Part shown: in pieces, positions 31,829 to 42,575 of the stretch
How positions within the stretch are numbered: position 1 is the first letter of the stretch
Layout: every line of letters starts with the position of its first letter
From: a virus
IMG/VR virus record: IMGVR_UViG_3300049436_000052
Span: 32,001-96,000 of that record
Reading direction: 5' to 3' (one strand)
DNA length: 64,000 nt
The notes under the pieces: generated by a model
Told to the model about the DNA's origin: nothing
The model's input: the letters and a program-made list of their open reading frames with translations, nothing else
Databases searched by the model: none
Position numbers and translations under genes: made by a program

Positions 31829-34576
31829 ATGGCAGATTTCGTATTTACCTCTCCAGGTGTTAAGTTCCGTGAACGTGACATTTCTTTTGTGAGCAGATCC
31901 CTTAGTATCACCACTTTGGGGGTTGTTGGAGAAACTTTAAAAGGTCCTGCTTTTGAACCTATTTATGTTCAAGATAAAACCGAATTTGAACAAAGATTCG
32001 GTAAACAAAGCATAAAAAAATTATCAGAAGGAACATTACAATATCAATTACCTTATGTTGCAAATGCATATTTATCTGAATCAAATCAATTATGGGTAAC
32101 TAGAGTATTGGGATTATCTGGATATAATGCAGGAAAAGCATGGGCAGTAACATTAAACGCAGGTGTTGATCTTTCAACTACCGGTGCAACTACATCTACA
32201 TTAAATACAGGTGTGGCATTCGCAGACTTCTCATATCTAGGTGTAGCATTAGTCGATGTTAACGATACAGGTACTAGTTTTAGTGGATTTACTAAGGTTG
32301 GTTCAACAGATTTTGAAGGCTATATGCATTCTTTTACCGCTACAACAGTAAACCCTGATGGTACTGGTACTGTGGATGATTTAGTTACATTAATTACTGG
32401 TAGTTCATACGTTGAATATGAAAATATGGTATTGGCAATAATTAGAAGCAGAGGACGTGTTCAAGATAACGCAAATTTACCTTCAAGTACTTTATTTAAT
32501 ACCACTTCGTTAACAATAACTGGTAATACTACTAATATTGACACAGGTGATTTATTTGGACAATTTACTTTAGTCGCAGCAAGTACTGCATCTACTGAAA
32601 ACTATGTTGTTTCTTTAAATCCTAATTCAAGTAGTTTCTTATCTAACGTTGTTGGCTCAGAAGCTAAAGATAAAACAACCAAAATTTGGGTACAATCAAT
32701 ATTCCCAGATCTAATCAAAAAATTAGATGCTGATGGTTTAGGATATGGAGTTAATACTACATTAATCGATTGTAATTCTAGCTACTTTACTGACTATAAA
32801 ACACAATTTAAAACACCTGAAACCCCTTGGGTAGTATCTCAATTAAAAGGTAATGCTATTGATAGATTATTCAAATTTATTAGTATTTCCGATGGTGATG
32901 CTGCTAATCAAGAAATAAAAATTAGTATTGTTAACGTTAATCCAATTACCTTGGAATTCGATGTTATAATTCGTGATTTTTATGATACAGATGATAAAGT
33001 ATCTATTTTGGAATCATTCACAAGATGTTCTTTAATACAAGGTACTACTAATTATATCGCACAACGTATCGGTACATCAGATGGCGAATATTCATTAAAA
33101 AGCAAATATGTTATGCTTGAAATGAGTGCAAGTATTAATGTTGAAGATTTTCCTGCTGGTTTTGAAGGTTATGCATTTAATAATTACGCTATTTCTGCAA
33201 CCTCAACAACTTCTGGCGAAGCTGGTGTAACACCAAAAGTTTTTTATAAAACTTCTTATAATGATGACGAAAAAATTAAAAAAGTATATCTTGGTGTTTC
33301 TGAAAAAGGTTATGATGGATCTGGTTTAATCGGAACTGGCATTAATCAAAATTTCTTTAACTTTACTGGTATAGGTGGTTTTGTTTATTCAAAAGGCTTC
33401 CACTTAGATTCTGGTGTAACTTCAACTTATAATGGTTTTGATTTTGAAGTTGGTGCTGGTGATTTCCAAACTGTTGATGATATCCTTGATGTAAATAACC
33501 CATATTATGATATTAATACAAGAAAATTTACCTTAGTTCCTAATGGTGGATTTGATGGATGGGATGTTAACAGAGGTGTTAATGGTGCTAGTCGTTCTTA
33601 TGGTGATTTATATCGTGCAAACGGTATTTATGATGGTGTTTCACCTAATACACCACCTTCAAACGACTTCCAAGCATGGGAAACCGCAATAAACACTTTC
33701 TCAAATCCTGAAGAAGTAACTATCAATATATTTGCCACTCCTGGTATTAATTGGAGTGATCAAAACATATTGGTTAAAGAAGCTATCGACATGATAGAAA
33801 CTGAAAGAACTGATACTCTTTATGTAATCGATTCTCCAGATGTTAATATCGCAATGACAATTGGTGATGGTGGAAAAGCTGATGTTATCGCTTCTCAAGA
33901 TATCGTGGATTTAATGGACACTGCCGAAATCGATAGTAATTATGCTTGTACATATTTCCCTTGGATTCAAATTAGAGATAATGTTAACAACGTCAATATT
34001 TACATTCCACCAACTGGTGAAGTATTAAAAGCTATGGCATTTACCGATAATAATAAATTTCCTTGGTTCGCACCAGCAGGTCTTAGTCGTGGTGTTACTG
34101 ATGCAATAAAATCCAAATATAAATTGTCGTTAGATGCTCGTGATGTATTATATGAAGGAAGAATCAACCCAATAGCAGATTTTGCTGATGTTGGAACTGC
34201 AATTTTTGGTCAAAAGACATTGCAAGTTAGAGATAGTTTACTAACCAAAATTAATGTTCGTAGATTGTTACTTCAAGTTAAAGTTCTTATTTCTAATATC
34301 GCTGTTAGATTATTGTTTGAACAAAACGATCAAACAACAATAGACCAGTTTCTACAGAAGACTACACCGCTTCTTGACAGCATAAAAAGAGAACGAGGTC
34401 TAATTGACTTCAGAGTTTCTATGGGACTTGATAGTGATGGGAATAGCCCTGAGAGCCGAGATCGAGGGGAATTGTACGGAAATATAAGGCTAAAGCCCTC
34501 AGTTTCACTGGAATATGTAGGTTTAACTTTTACAATTACACCTTCTGGTGCTTCTTTTGAAGATGTGGGTGCTTAA
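31829..34576 (+). CDS. gp18: Contractile tail sheath protein
   Basis: SPGV...E.D, GET.KGPAFEP, YFPW, PWFAPAG..RG, LY.GRINPI, FGQKTLQ, INVRRLL, FEQND. Confidence 0.96.
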   Translation: MADFVFTSPGVKFRERDISFVSRSLSITTLGVVGETLKGPAFEPIYVQDKTEFEQRFGKQSIKKLSEGTLQYQLPYVANAYLSESNQLWVTRVLGLSGYNAGKAWAVTLNAGVDLSTTGATTSTLNTGVAFADFSYLGVALVDVNDTGTSFSGFTKVGSTDFEGYMHSFTATTVNPDGTGTVDDLVTLITGSSYVEYENMVLAIIRSRGRVQDNANLPSSTLFNTTSLTITGNTTNIDTGDLFGQFTLVAASTASTENYVVSLNPNSSSFLSNVVGSEAKDKTTKIWVQSIFPDLIKKLDADGLGYGVNTTLIDCNSSYFTDYKTQFKTPETPWVVSQLKGNAIDRLFKFISISDGDAANQEIKISIVNVNPITLEFDVIIRDFYDTDDKVSILESFTRCSLIQGTTNYIAQRIGTSDGEYSLKSKYVMLEMSASINVEDFPAGFEGYAFNNYAISATSTTSGEAGVTPKVFYKTSYNDDEKIKKVYLGVSEKGYDGSGLIGTGINQNFFNFTGIGGFVYSKGFHLDSGVTSTYNGFDFEVGAGDFQTVDDILDVNNPYYDINTRKFTLVPNGGFDGWDVNRGVNGASRSYGDLYRANGIYDGVSPNTPPSNDFQAWETAINTFSNPEEVTINIFATPGINWSDQNILVKEAIDMIETERTDTLYVIDSPDVNIAMTIGDGGKADVIASQDIVDLMDTAEIDSNYACTYFPWIQIRDNVNNVNIYIPPTGEVLKAMAFTDNNKFPWFAPAGLSRGVTDAIKSKYKLSLDARDVLYEGRINPIADFADVGTAIFGQKTLQVRDSLLTKINVRRLLLQVKVLISNIAVRLLFEQNDQTTIDQFLQKTTPLLDSIKRERGLIDFRVSMGLDSDGNSPESRDRGELYGNIRLKPSVSLEYVGLTFTITPSGASFEDVGA

Positions 34577-34600
34577 TAATTTATATTATTCTATATATGA

Positions 34601-34627
34601 AAAAAACCACCTAATTGGTGGTTTTTT
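34601..34627. terminator. Bidirectional terminator
   Basis: AAAAAACCACC-taatt-GGTGGTTTTTT. Confidence 0.85.
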
Positions 34628-36761
34628 GTTTTATTACATCTAATTCAAATTTTAATAAACCACAGTCATAAATTCTTGGAAATTTTCGTTCTATTAATAG
34701 TTCATGTTTTGTTTTATTTATATCGGATTCTGTTAATATTAAATCCTTTTTATTATATTCATATGAAAATTTTCTATGTTTATGTCTTGCATACCAAAAA
34801 TTTGGTGTTATTACTTTTGTTTTAACAAAACCCAAATTTTCAAATAAAATTTCGTTTGAATATCTTCTATCAAGATATATTATTATTTTATTTGATTGAT
34901 AGTTATTTATAAAATAATCAAGCAAAACATTTTCTCCATTAATTATATTTGTATTTAATTTATTACAAATTCTAACAATTTCAAATTTATTTGAATTATT
35001 TTTATATTGTTTTAAACAAATAACTGAAACCAATTCATTTTTAATTTCTAAACCAATATTAATTGTATTTAAAACATTACCAAGTATATGATTTTTTTCA
35101 AGAAATTCTTTTAATATTATATTACTTTTAATTTCGTTTATTTGACAATCATTTCCGTAAATAGTTTCTTTAAATATATTTAATCTATTGGAAATCATTA
35201 ATTTTACAATATCAAAATTTTTAATAATTTCATCTTCAAAAAATTGAAATAATGTATAATTTTGATCAAGACATAAATTCAATTTATTAAGATGATAATC
35301 TTTTTTTAGAAAAAATTCAGAATGCCAATAAATACCATTGGTTTCAATACCTAAATTATATTTTTTTATGAAAATATCAATTTCAAACCCCTTTATTATA
35401 TTTCTACGATTTTTTTTATATTCAATTCCAATTTCATCTAAAAATTTACATATTTTTATTTCTAATGATGATCTTAATTTATATTTGGGTAATAAAACTG
35501 TTGACAATTCAATGCCTTTGTATAATCTACCTAATATAAGTGATTTTGTATTTTCAAAAATATGACCATCTGGATGCTTTATTATTAAAATTCCATTTTT
35601 GTTATACTCTAAAAGCTCATATCCTAGCTTATTAAAACTTTCCATATGTTTTTTCATCGCCTTTTTTCTTTTTCCTTCACCAGCACATTTATATGAACAA
35701 TATTTTAACTTTTCTTTCTTTTTTGATTTAAAAACTTTTCCACAAATAGGACATTCTTTTTCAATATAATAAATTTCATCGTGTTTACTTCTTTTATCTT
35801 TATTACAATTTGGACAAGTACATCCCTTAAGATGATTTGCAGGCGATTGAGTAAATTCTCCATGTAATGGGCATATTATCACAATTTTAGTTTTTTTATT
35901 TAAATATTCAATTTTTGAATAATCAAATTTATTATTGTGTTTTTTATTTGCTTGTTCAATAAATTCTTCTTTAGTTATTATATATTTACCATTACATTTT
36001 GAACACCCATCACCATTTAAATGTTTATTTGGTTTTTGAAAGAATTCATGACCTTGAGAACAAATTATACAAACATTTGTTTTACTATTAATATAATCAA
36101 CTTTAGAATAGTCATATTCATTTCCATGAATATTTATTGCTTTTTCAATAAATTCTTGAGTATTGGATCTTTTACTATCACCAATTTTTTCTAAATTACA
36201 TTTTGGACAACCATTTCCTTTGAGAAAATCAAGAGGATATATAAAAATTTCACCATGTTTAGAGCATATTATATTAACTTTAGTATCTGAATTAACATAT
36301 TTTGTTTGAGATAAATCAAATTTGTCGCCATAAACGTTTTTAGCTCTAGTTATAAATTCTTCTGTTGTTATTTTTTTATTACCACCACATATTGGGCATC
36401 CATGACCACTGAGATGGGATTGTGGAATTTGAGTAAATATATGACCTTCTAAACATTTTATTTTAATTTTTGTTGTATTATTTACATATTCAACCAACGA
36501 ATAATCATATGCATCTCCATGAACCTCTTTTGCTTTTCTTATAAATTCTTCAGTTGTTACATTTTTATTTGCACATTTGGAACAACCGCTTCCATGTAAA
36601 TGAATATTAGGCTTTTGTAAAAACTCTCCATGTCCAAATTTTTTACAAATAATGATAACCTTTTTTTTACTATTAATATATTCAACTTTAGTATAATCAA
36701 AATCATCACCATGTATTGATTTAGCTTTTTCAAGAAATTCTTTTTGTGTTAATTTTCTCAT
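34611..36761 (-). CDS. Hef-like homing endonuclease with tandem DUF723-like zinc-ribbon repeats
   Basis: Five repeats T.EEFI.KA..HG..YDYS.V.Y....KV.I.C..HG.F...P..HL.G.GC..C; EIDIFI..LGIE.NG.YWHSE nuclease core. Confidence 0.85.
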   Translation of the reverse strand: MRKLTQKEFLEKAKSIHGDDFDYTKVEYINSKKKVIIICKKFGHGEFLQKPNIHLHGSGCSKCANKNVTTEEFIRKAKEVHGDAYDYSLVEYVNNTTKIKIKCLEGHIFTQIPQSHLSGHGCPICGGNKKITTEEFITRAKNVYGDKFDLSQTKYVNSDTKVNIICSKHGEIFIYPLDFLKGNGCPKCNLEKIGDSKRSNTQEFIEKAINIHGNEYDYSKVDYINSKTNVCIICSQGHEFFQKPNKHLNGDGCSKCNGKYIITKEEFIEQANKKHNNKFDYSKIEYLNKKTKIVIICPLHGEFTQSPANHLKGCTCPNCNKDKRSKHDEIYYIEKECPICGKVFKSKKKEKLKYCSYKCAGEGKRKKAMKKHMESFNKLGYELLEYNKNGILIIKHPDGHIFENTKSLILGRLYKGIELSTVLLPKYKLRSSLEIKICKFLDEIGIEYKKNRRNIIKGFEIDIFIKKYNLGIETNGIYWHSEFFLKKDYHLNKLNLCLDQNYTLFQFFEDEIIKNFDIVKLMISNRLNIFKETIYGNDCQINEIKSNIILKEFLEKNHILGNVLNTINIGLEIKNELVSVICLKQYKNNSNKFEIVRICNKLNTNIINGENVLLDYFINNYQSNKIIIYLDRRYSNEILFENLGFVKTKVITPNFWYARHKHRKFSYEYNKKDLILTESDINKTKHELLIERKFPRIYDCGLLKFELDVIKQKTTN

Positions 36762-36802
36762 ATAAAAATTTTACAAAATTAATTTCTTTTTTTCACATAA
36801 AA

Positions 36803-36838
36803 AACTATTTAACTTTATTTAACTTTATTTAACTATTT
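36803..36838. repeat. Short tandem repeat, 10-bp period (TATTTAACT core x3) in divergent intergenic region
   Basis: aactatttaactttatttaactttatttaactattt. Confidence 0.7.
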
Positions 36839-36939
36839 TATCTAAATTCAATTAATCGTCTCATTTCTTATATTTTTTGTTTTATGTAGTATTTATTATT
36901 AAAATAATAATAAAAACAACATAAAAAACATAAAACACT

Positions 36940-37428
36940 ATGGCTGAGATGATTAGGAGCGTGCCATTTGAGTACGAAGTTAAGAGAGTTAATCGATTCG
37001 TTGCAGAATTTGCAGATGAATTAGGAATTGAATCTTGGAAAGTTCAAAAATTCAAAAGGCCGTCAATGAAAATAAATCCGGTTGAAATACCTTATATGAA
37101 TGAAATGAACTATGTAGCAGGACGTTACACGTGGAATTCGATCCAAATTGAATTTATCGATCCAATTGGCCCATCGACTTCACAACAATTAATGGAGTGG
37201 GTACGCCTTCATGCTGAATCTCTCACTGGGAGAATGGGATTTGCTGCGGGTTACAAGAAGAACATACTTTTAAAGGAACTTGATCCAACTGGAGTCGAAG
37301 TTGCAAAATTTTTCCTTGAACAATGTATGATAACATCAATTGATTTTGGAGATAATGATCATGGAAGTGATGAATTAACTAAAATAACATTAGAGTTGCA
37401 ACCATATCGCTGCATTCTAAATTTATAG
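36940..37428 (+). CDS. gp19: Tail tube protein (T4 gp19-like)
   Basis: RP....VEIPYMN...Y.AGR.TW..I...F.DPI.PS..Q.LMEW; YKK.I.L..LDP.G; late box upstream. Confidence 0.9.
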   Translation: MAEMIRSVPFEYEVKRVNRFVAEFADELGIESWKVQKFKRPSMKINPVEIPYMNEMNYVAGRYTWNSIQIEFIDPIGPSTSQQLMEWVRLHAESLTGRMGFAAGYKKNILLKELDPTGVEVAKFFLEQCMITSIDFGDNDHGSDELTKITLELQPYRCILNL

Positions 37429-37448
37429 TTAATTTAATAAAAATTTAT

Positions 37449-37492
37449 AAAAAAATGAATTTTGAGTATTTATATTCATAATTCATTTTTTT
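37449..37492 (+). promoter_or_regulatory. Long hairpin containing a late-promoter box, ending just before the GIY-YIG start codon
   Basis: AAAAAAATGAATT-t-TGAGTAT-tt-ATATTCA-t-AATTCATTTTTTT; GTATTTAT at 37466-37473. Confidence 0.65.
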
Positions 37493-37493
37493 T

Positions 37494-38120
37494 ATGAAAA
37501 ATTGTGGAATTTATTCGATTGTTAATAAAATAAATAAAAAAATATATATTGGTAGTAGTATTGATATAAAAAAGAGATGGCGTGATCATAAATGGTATTT
37601 AAGGCACAATATTCATCATAATAATCATTTACAATGTGCATGGAATAAATACGGATCTGATTGTTTTGAATTTTCAATTATTTTGGAATGTAGCGTTTCA
37701 GATCTGATTAATAACGAAATTAAATATATTAATATTTATAATTCTAACAATAAAAAATTGGGTTATAATAAAAGCGATCCTGAACATAAAACATTTAGTT
37801 GGCAACATAGTGAAGAAACTAAACAAATTTTATCACAACAAAAATTAGGAGAAAAAAATCCAATGTGGGGTTTAAAGGGTAATAAACATCATAATTATCA
37901 AAAAGAAATCTCAATCGATGTTAGAAAAAAAATGTCATTAAGTCATTTAGGAATACCAACAAATAGAAGGAATAATGCTAAACTAAGTATGGAATTGGCC
38001 AATGAAATTCGAAATATTTATAATACTGAAAAAATTACAATACGTAATTTAGGAAAAAGATTTAATGTAAGTTATACTACAGTTAATAGAATTATTCATA
38101 ATATTTCGTGGAAAGCTTGA
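37494..38120 (+). CDS. GIY-YIG homing endonuclease (NUMOD3 + HTH)
   Basis: GIYSIVNKINKKIYIGSS...RW..H; HSEETK; C-terminal HTH. Confidence 0.92.
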   Translation: MKNCGIYSIVNKINKKIYIGSSIDIKKRWRDHKWYLRHNIHHNNHLQCAWNKYGSDCFEFSIILECSVSDLINNEIKYINIYNSNNKKLGYNKSDPEHKTFSWQHSEETKQILSQQKLGEKNPMWGLKGNKHHNYQKEISIDVRKKMSLSHLGIPTNRRNNAKLSMELANEIRNIYNTEKITIRNLGKRFNVSYTTVNRIIHNISWKA

Positions 38121-38125
38121 GACAA

Positions 38126-39016
38126 CTAATTTATAACAATATTTTTCTGTAAAATTGCCTCAAAGTTAATTTTTTCAAGATCATTAATTATATCATTTTT
38201 ATCGGCAACTGTATTTGAGTAGCCATGAAGATGTTGAAGTATTGCTTTTCTAATTACATTAAAAGCTTCTACGACAAGATCTCCTCTTGGGATTGGGTGA
38301 GATTTTTCGAATATTTCATTTCTATTTTCGGGTGTTAATTTGGTTGTTTTAAATTTTGGGATACCGTCATGAGAGATTAGGGCAATTTTATCGCCAGTTA
38401 TAATGTTATTACTATAATAATTTCCGTCATCGGGTTTTGGTTCAAAGTTTAATAAAACTTGTGCTGGGTTTTTAGTATTAAGTTTTAGAACGTTATCGTT
38501 TTCGTGTTTACCTGCTCTAATAACAACTCTATTTTCTTTTAAAATAATATCAGTGTTTATTCTTCCGATGATAGCAATATCTTTTTTATCAGGATAAACG
38601 TCAACAGCATCTGGGTATTTTGATATTGCGGCTTCTGGATTAAGTATTCCTTGTTGTGTTGTTGATAAAGCAGTTAATTTTGAATCGTATTTTATTTTTT
38701 GTAATTGTGAAATAATACTTCCTACCCAAAATCTGTTTCTTTGTGGATATTTAACGTCTTCTATTAAAATTCTAACCATTTCACCAATTTGTGGATAGAT
38801 ATGAAAATATTTAGGGGTTAGAGGAAAACACCAAGGAAGATCGTCAACAATTGAAGTTCTGTTATCTAAATCATTTATTTTAACTTTAATTCTTCCACCA
38901 TCGGTAGGATCATCAATTGAAACTACTTCACCATAGTATATAGTTCTAGTGATAGTATTATTACTATGTTCTGGTTTATAGGGATTAGTTTTATTTATAT
39001 ATGGTTTATCGAACAT
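38126..39016 (-). CDS. Baseplate spike/hub protein with gp5/VgrG-like OB fold
   Basis: GEVVSIDDP...GRIKV.I....LPWC.PL....P..GE.V; HLH near C-terminus. Confidence 0.75.
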   Translation of the reverse strand: MFDKPYINKTNPYKPEHSNNTITRTIYYGEVVSIDDPTDGGRIKVKINDLDNRTSIVDDLPWCFPLTPKYFHIYPQIGEMVRILIEDVKYPQRNRFWVGSIISQLQKIKYDSKLTALSTTQQGILNPEAAISKYPDAVDVYPDKKDIAIIGRINTDIILKENRVVIRAGKHENDNVLKLNTKNPAQVLLNFEPKPDDGNYYSNNIITGDKIALISHDGIPKFKTTKLTPENRNEIFEKSHPIPRGDLVVEAFNVIRKAILQHLHGYSNTVADKNDIINDLEKINFEAILQKNIVIN

Positions 39017-39061
39017 TTATTAAATGATTATTTTTATTTAAAGTTTTATATTTTATATTAT

Positions 39062-41405
39062 TTATCTATTTGAATATTCGTCAACTAGAATAACATAATT
39101 ATCTTCAATTTCTTTTAGTTCTATTAATTTTTGGTTTATTAATTCTAATTTTTGATTTATAGTATTTTTCATATCTTCGACTTCAATAGATGTATTTATC
39201 ATGTCGTTTTTTAAATTATTATGTTTTACTTCAAGATCGCTAATAAATTTAACTAGTTCGATTGTTGTATATTTTGATAATTCGTTCATAATTTTTTATT
39301 GTATTACTGCATAACCTTTAGAATATGTTGTTGTTGAGCCTACTACGTTGACAGGGCCTGATGGTGAAGTTCCTGCTGCTGTCAATGATATTCCAGGAGG
39401 GATTACAACTGTAATGATTCCATTTTCTTGAATTTCTTTAATAATTTCTTCAACGGCAATTCTCCACATGACTTCTTCTGGATTGATACTTCCTGATGGC
39501 AATACTCCAACTGGTAAACCTGCCTCACTTTTTCTACTTATAATTCTTGTAGCAATTCGTGTTGGGGATATTCCAGATCTTTTCGGTACACCTGTTAATA
39601 TTAGTGGTGCAGGAATTGGTGGAGGTGTTCCAACAGATGATAAATTTAAGATTTTTCCAAAACCTTCAATAATTGAATCAATATTAGTATAATCTACTGC
39701 CATTTTTATCCAGTTTTACTTGTTGTTAAGCTTTTGATAATTCTTTTAAATTGATTTGTTTTTTCTTTAATAATTTTTTTTATAACGGGTTTAGTTAATT
39801 CGACTAGGTATGATATAACTAATTTATAAATAAATTCAACAACAAGTTTTATTAAATCGTTTATAATACATTTTATTAATACTTTAAATTTTTCTAAATC
39901 TTTTTTTGCGGTTTCAAGAACAACAGTTCCATTATTTTGTATTGCACTAGTAACACCCAATAACATCCTAATTTGTGGTGAAGTTGTTGTTGCTTGTACA
40001 ATTTTATTAATAAATATTTTAATAATTTTCTGAAAAAAATTATCTTTAATAGTTTGTTGATTTTCGTCATTTAGATCGTTATTTGTTGATGAATCGTTAA
40101 TTGAGTTTTCAATAGCATTTGCAGTATTAAAGTCATCATTTGAATTAGCGATATCTAAAACTGTTGAATTGAAATCATTAAAAGATAGTTTTGATTCCAT
40201 AATTCCGCAACCAAGATCGTAATTAACAATTCCGTTTGCTAGTTCTTTGGCTTTGTTTTCTAATTCTTCTAACAAATCATTCGAAATTTCAAAAGAATCG
40301 TCATTATTAATTAGTTGATCTATCAATTGATCTACTTCAAGTTCTTCTTTAATGTTTTCGATAGATTTATTTTGAGTACTGGTAATGTTGCCATATATTT
40401 TATCCATTACCAATGTTGTTAATTCTTTTTTGTTTAAAATTTCAGTATCATCAATATAACTTGTAACCCAAGTATTAATTGAAGTATTTCCATTATCTGG
40501 TTTAAATTTAAAACTATCAGTATTTGAATCATAATTTATAACAAGGTTATTAAATGTCGTATCACTACCTTCATTAGTTATTGCTTGATATGCTTTTGAA
40601 TCAAAATTTGCTTTAGAATTATCATATAAAAGACTGCCTTGAGATGTATTAGGATCTGTTTTTAATTTTGATTTACTATCAATTGATTTTACAGGGATAT
40701 CAATACCATTTTTAAAAGAATCTGGTAAATTATCATCTGAATTATATTGAACAAATTGTTTTTTTAATGTTACTTTTAATTTTGGTTCAATATCACTAAT
40801 AAATTTAGTAAACATCCTCCCTGTTAATTGTTTTAGTGCTTCAGTTCCTGCGACTGTTTTAAGAACATCTAATAGATATGGTACTATTTCATTTTTGTTA
40901 TTGACAGATAGAAATGAGTCGTTTTGATTGGGTACTTTTCCTTCTTGTTTTAGAGAAGTAAACGCACCAATTGTAGTTAAAACGGATTTTTTATCATCTT
41001 TCAGACTCATGATTATTTTTTATTTTTCTTTTCAAGATTTTTTCTATCAATTTCTTTTTTTACCATTTCGATAAGATCGTTTCTATTTTCACTGGTAATT
41101 GCACCATCTTCAACAGGTTCATCTTTATCAGGTTTTTTTCCAAAATTTTTAATATCAAAAACAATTTCTTTCAAATATTTTAAAAGCATTATTTTTTGAT
41201 CTTGGTTTTTAGCTTCAACTCCTAACAATTTAATTATTTGATCACCAATTGCAGCAATTTCACCACCTTCTTTAACCTTTTGTTCCCATTTACTAAAAAG
41301 TCTAACGGTTTTTGCTCTTACAATATGAACATCGTTATATACTTCTTGAAGTAGTTTATTAAGACTATCTTCATCAAATTTTAATTTATATCTTGTTGCC
41401 CTCAT
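39062..41405 (-). CDS. Late operon ORFs (39062, 39296, 39706, 41013), probably virion/baseplate-associated
   Basis: Co-oriented with spike gene; CTATTTAT box at 41427-41434 on minus strand. Confidence 0.5.
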
Positions 41406-41455
41406 TTTATTTAGTTTTAGTTATTAATAAATAGTTTTAGATGAGAAATTATTTA

Positions 41456-42322
41456 TTAATCGATAGATAAGTTTTTTTCGATAAAATATAGATCTTTAAA
41501 TGGTTTAATTCCAATTCTAATTTCTTTGGTTGTTAAATCGGTTTGTTCTTTTAGAAAAAGTAGTATTTTATTTTTTGCAAATTTATTTGTTACTTTTTTA
41601 TTATATTTGCCTACTGGTGTTTCTTCCATGAATAGAACATTCCAATTTTTTAAAATATTTATAATAGCAGTACCAACATTACTTTCAATTTTCTTTAATA
41701 ATGGATCATTATTAATTCTTAATTCAATTTTTCCAATAACGCCATTGATTAACTCATTCATACGATTCTGAGATTCATTTTCAATCTCATAAAGAAATTC
41801 TCTATTTTCAATAAATTCATCAACATAATCATCAAACGATAAATTTGTCTTTTTTTCAAGATAACTATGTTTACTATGATCTTTGTAATAATTTCTTACA
41901 ATTGTTTGACAATAACTAAATGCCTTTGAATTGAATATTCTATATTTATTATCATTTATTCCAATTAATGATTTCAATTTTTCGTTGGCTCTTTCGGCAT
42001 AAAAAAATCTATATTCTTCTTCTTTTAGTTTTATCCATTTTTCAGAACAACCATTGTTGTATTCAATGATGAATGGTCTATATTTAACCATATGTTCAAC
42101 TAAATGAGTTAATGCATTTGATTCAACTTCTTTCATATCATAATTTCCAATATGGATTGGGTATCTTCTTAAAATGGATTCAATCATTTTTCGAAATGGT
42201 TCAATCAAAATTTCATTATAGATTCTATTTTTTTCTTCTAATGAATTGGAATTTATGTAATCAATAACTGCTTGTTCTTCTTTTTCGGCAAAATAATGCG
42301 TACTAGTTTTTTCATCTGTCAT
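41456..42322 (-). CDS. Phage sigma factor, T4 gp55-like late sigma (putative)
   Basis: HYF...EEQAVIDY...RIY......F.KMIE.I..RY; KAFSYCQTIVRNY resembles sigma region-2 motif. Confidence 0.6.
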   Translation of the reverse strand: MTDEKTSTHYFAEKEEQAVIDYINSNSLEEKNRIYNEILIEPFRKMIESILRRYPIHIGNYDMKEVESNALTHLVEHMVKYRPFIIEYNNGCSEKWIKLKEEEYRFFYAERANEKLKSLIGINDNKYRIFNSKAFSYCQTIVRNYYKDHSKHSYLEKKTNLSFDDYVDEFIENREFLYEIENESQNRMNELINGVIGKIELRINNDPLLKKIESNVGTAIINILKNWNVLFMEETPVGKYNKKVTNKFAKNKILLFLKEQTDLTTKEIRIGIKPFKDLYFIEKNLSID

Positions 42323-42348
42323 AATTTAAATTAAACAACTTCTAATTC

Positions 42349-42573
42349 TTATTTTTCATTAACATATTGGCCTAAAAATCCAAATATATTTCTATTCAGT
42401 TTAAAATGTTTTTTATTTAAAGTTAAATTTCTATCAAGATTATTTACTTTTTCTATTTTTTTACCACAAATATTACATTTGTAGAAGGTATAGTAATTGT
42501 TTTCATCTTCAGTGAAATCAGCAATTGGTTCATGAATATTTAAAAAACATTTTAAACGTTTGAAAATTTTCAT
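42349..42573 (-). CDS. Small zinc-finger-like hypothetical protein
   Basis: C....H ... C..CGK. Confidence 0.5.
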   Translation of the reverse strand: MKIFKRLKCFLNIHEPIADFTEDENNYYTFYKCNICGKKIEKVNNLDRNLTLNKKHFKLNRNIFGFLGQYVNEK

Positions 42574-42575
42574 TG

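Noticed and set aside
31829-38120. Group I introns or inteins hosting the endonucleases
   Set aside because: Capsid, sheath and tube ORFs are uninterrupted with no intein termini seen; the endonucleases are free-standing
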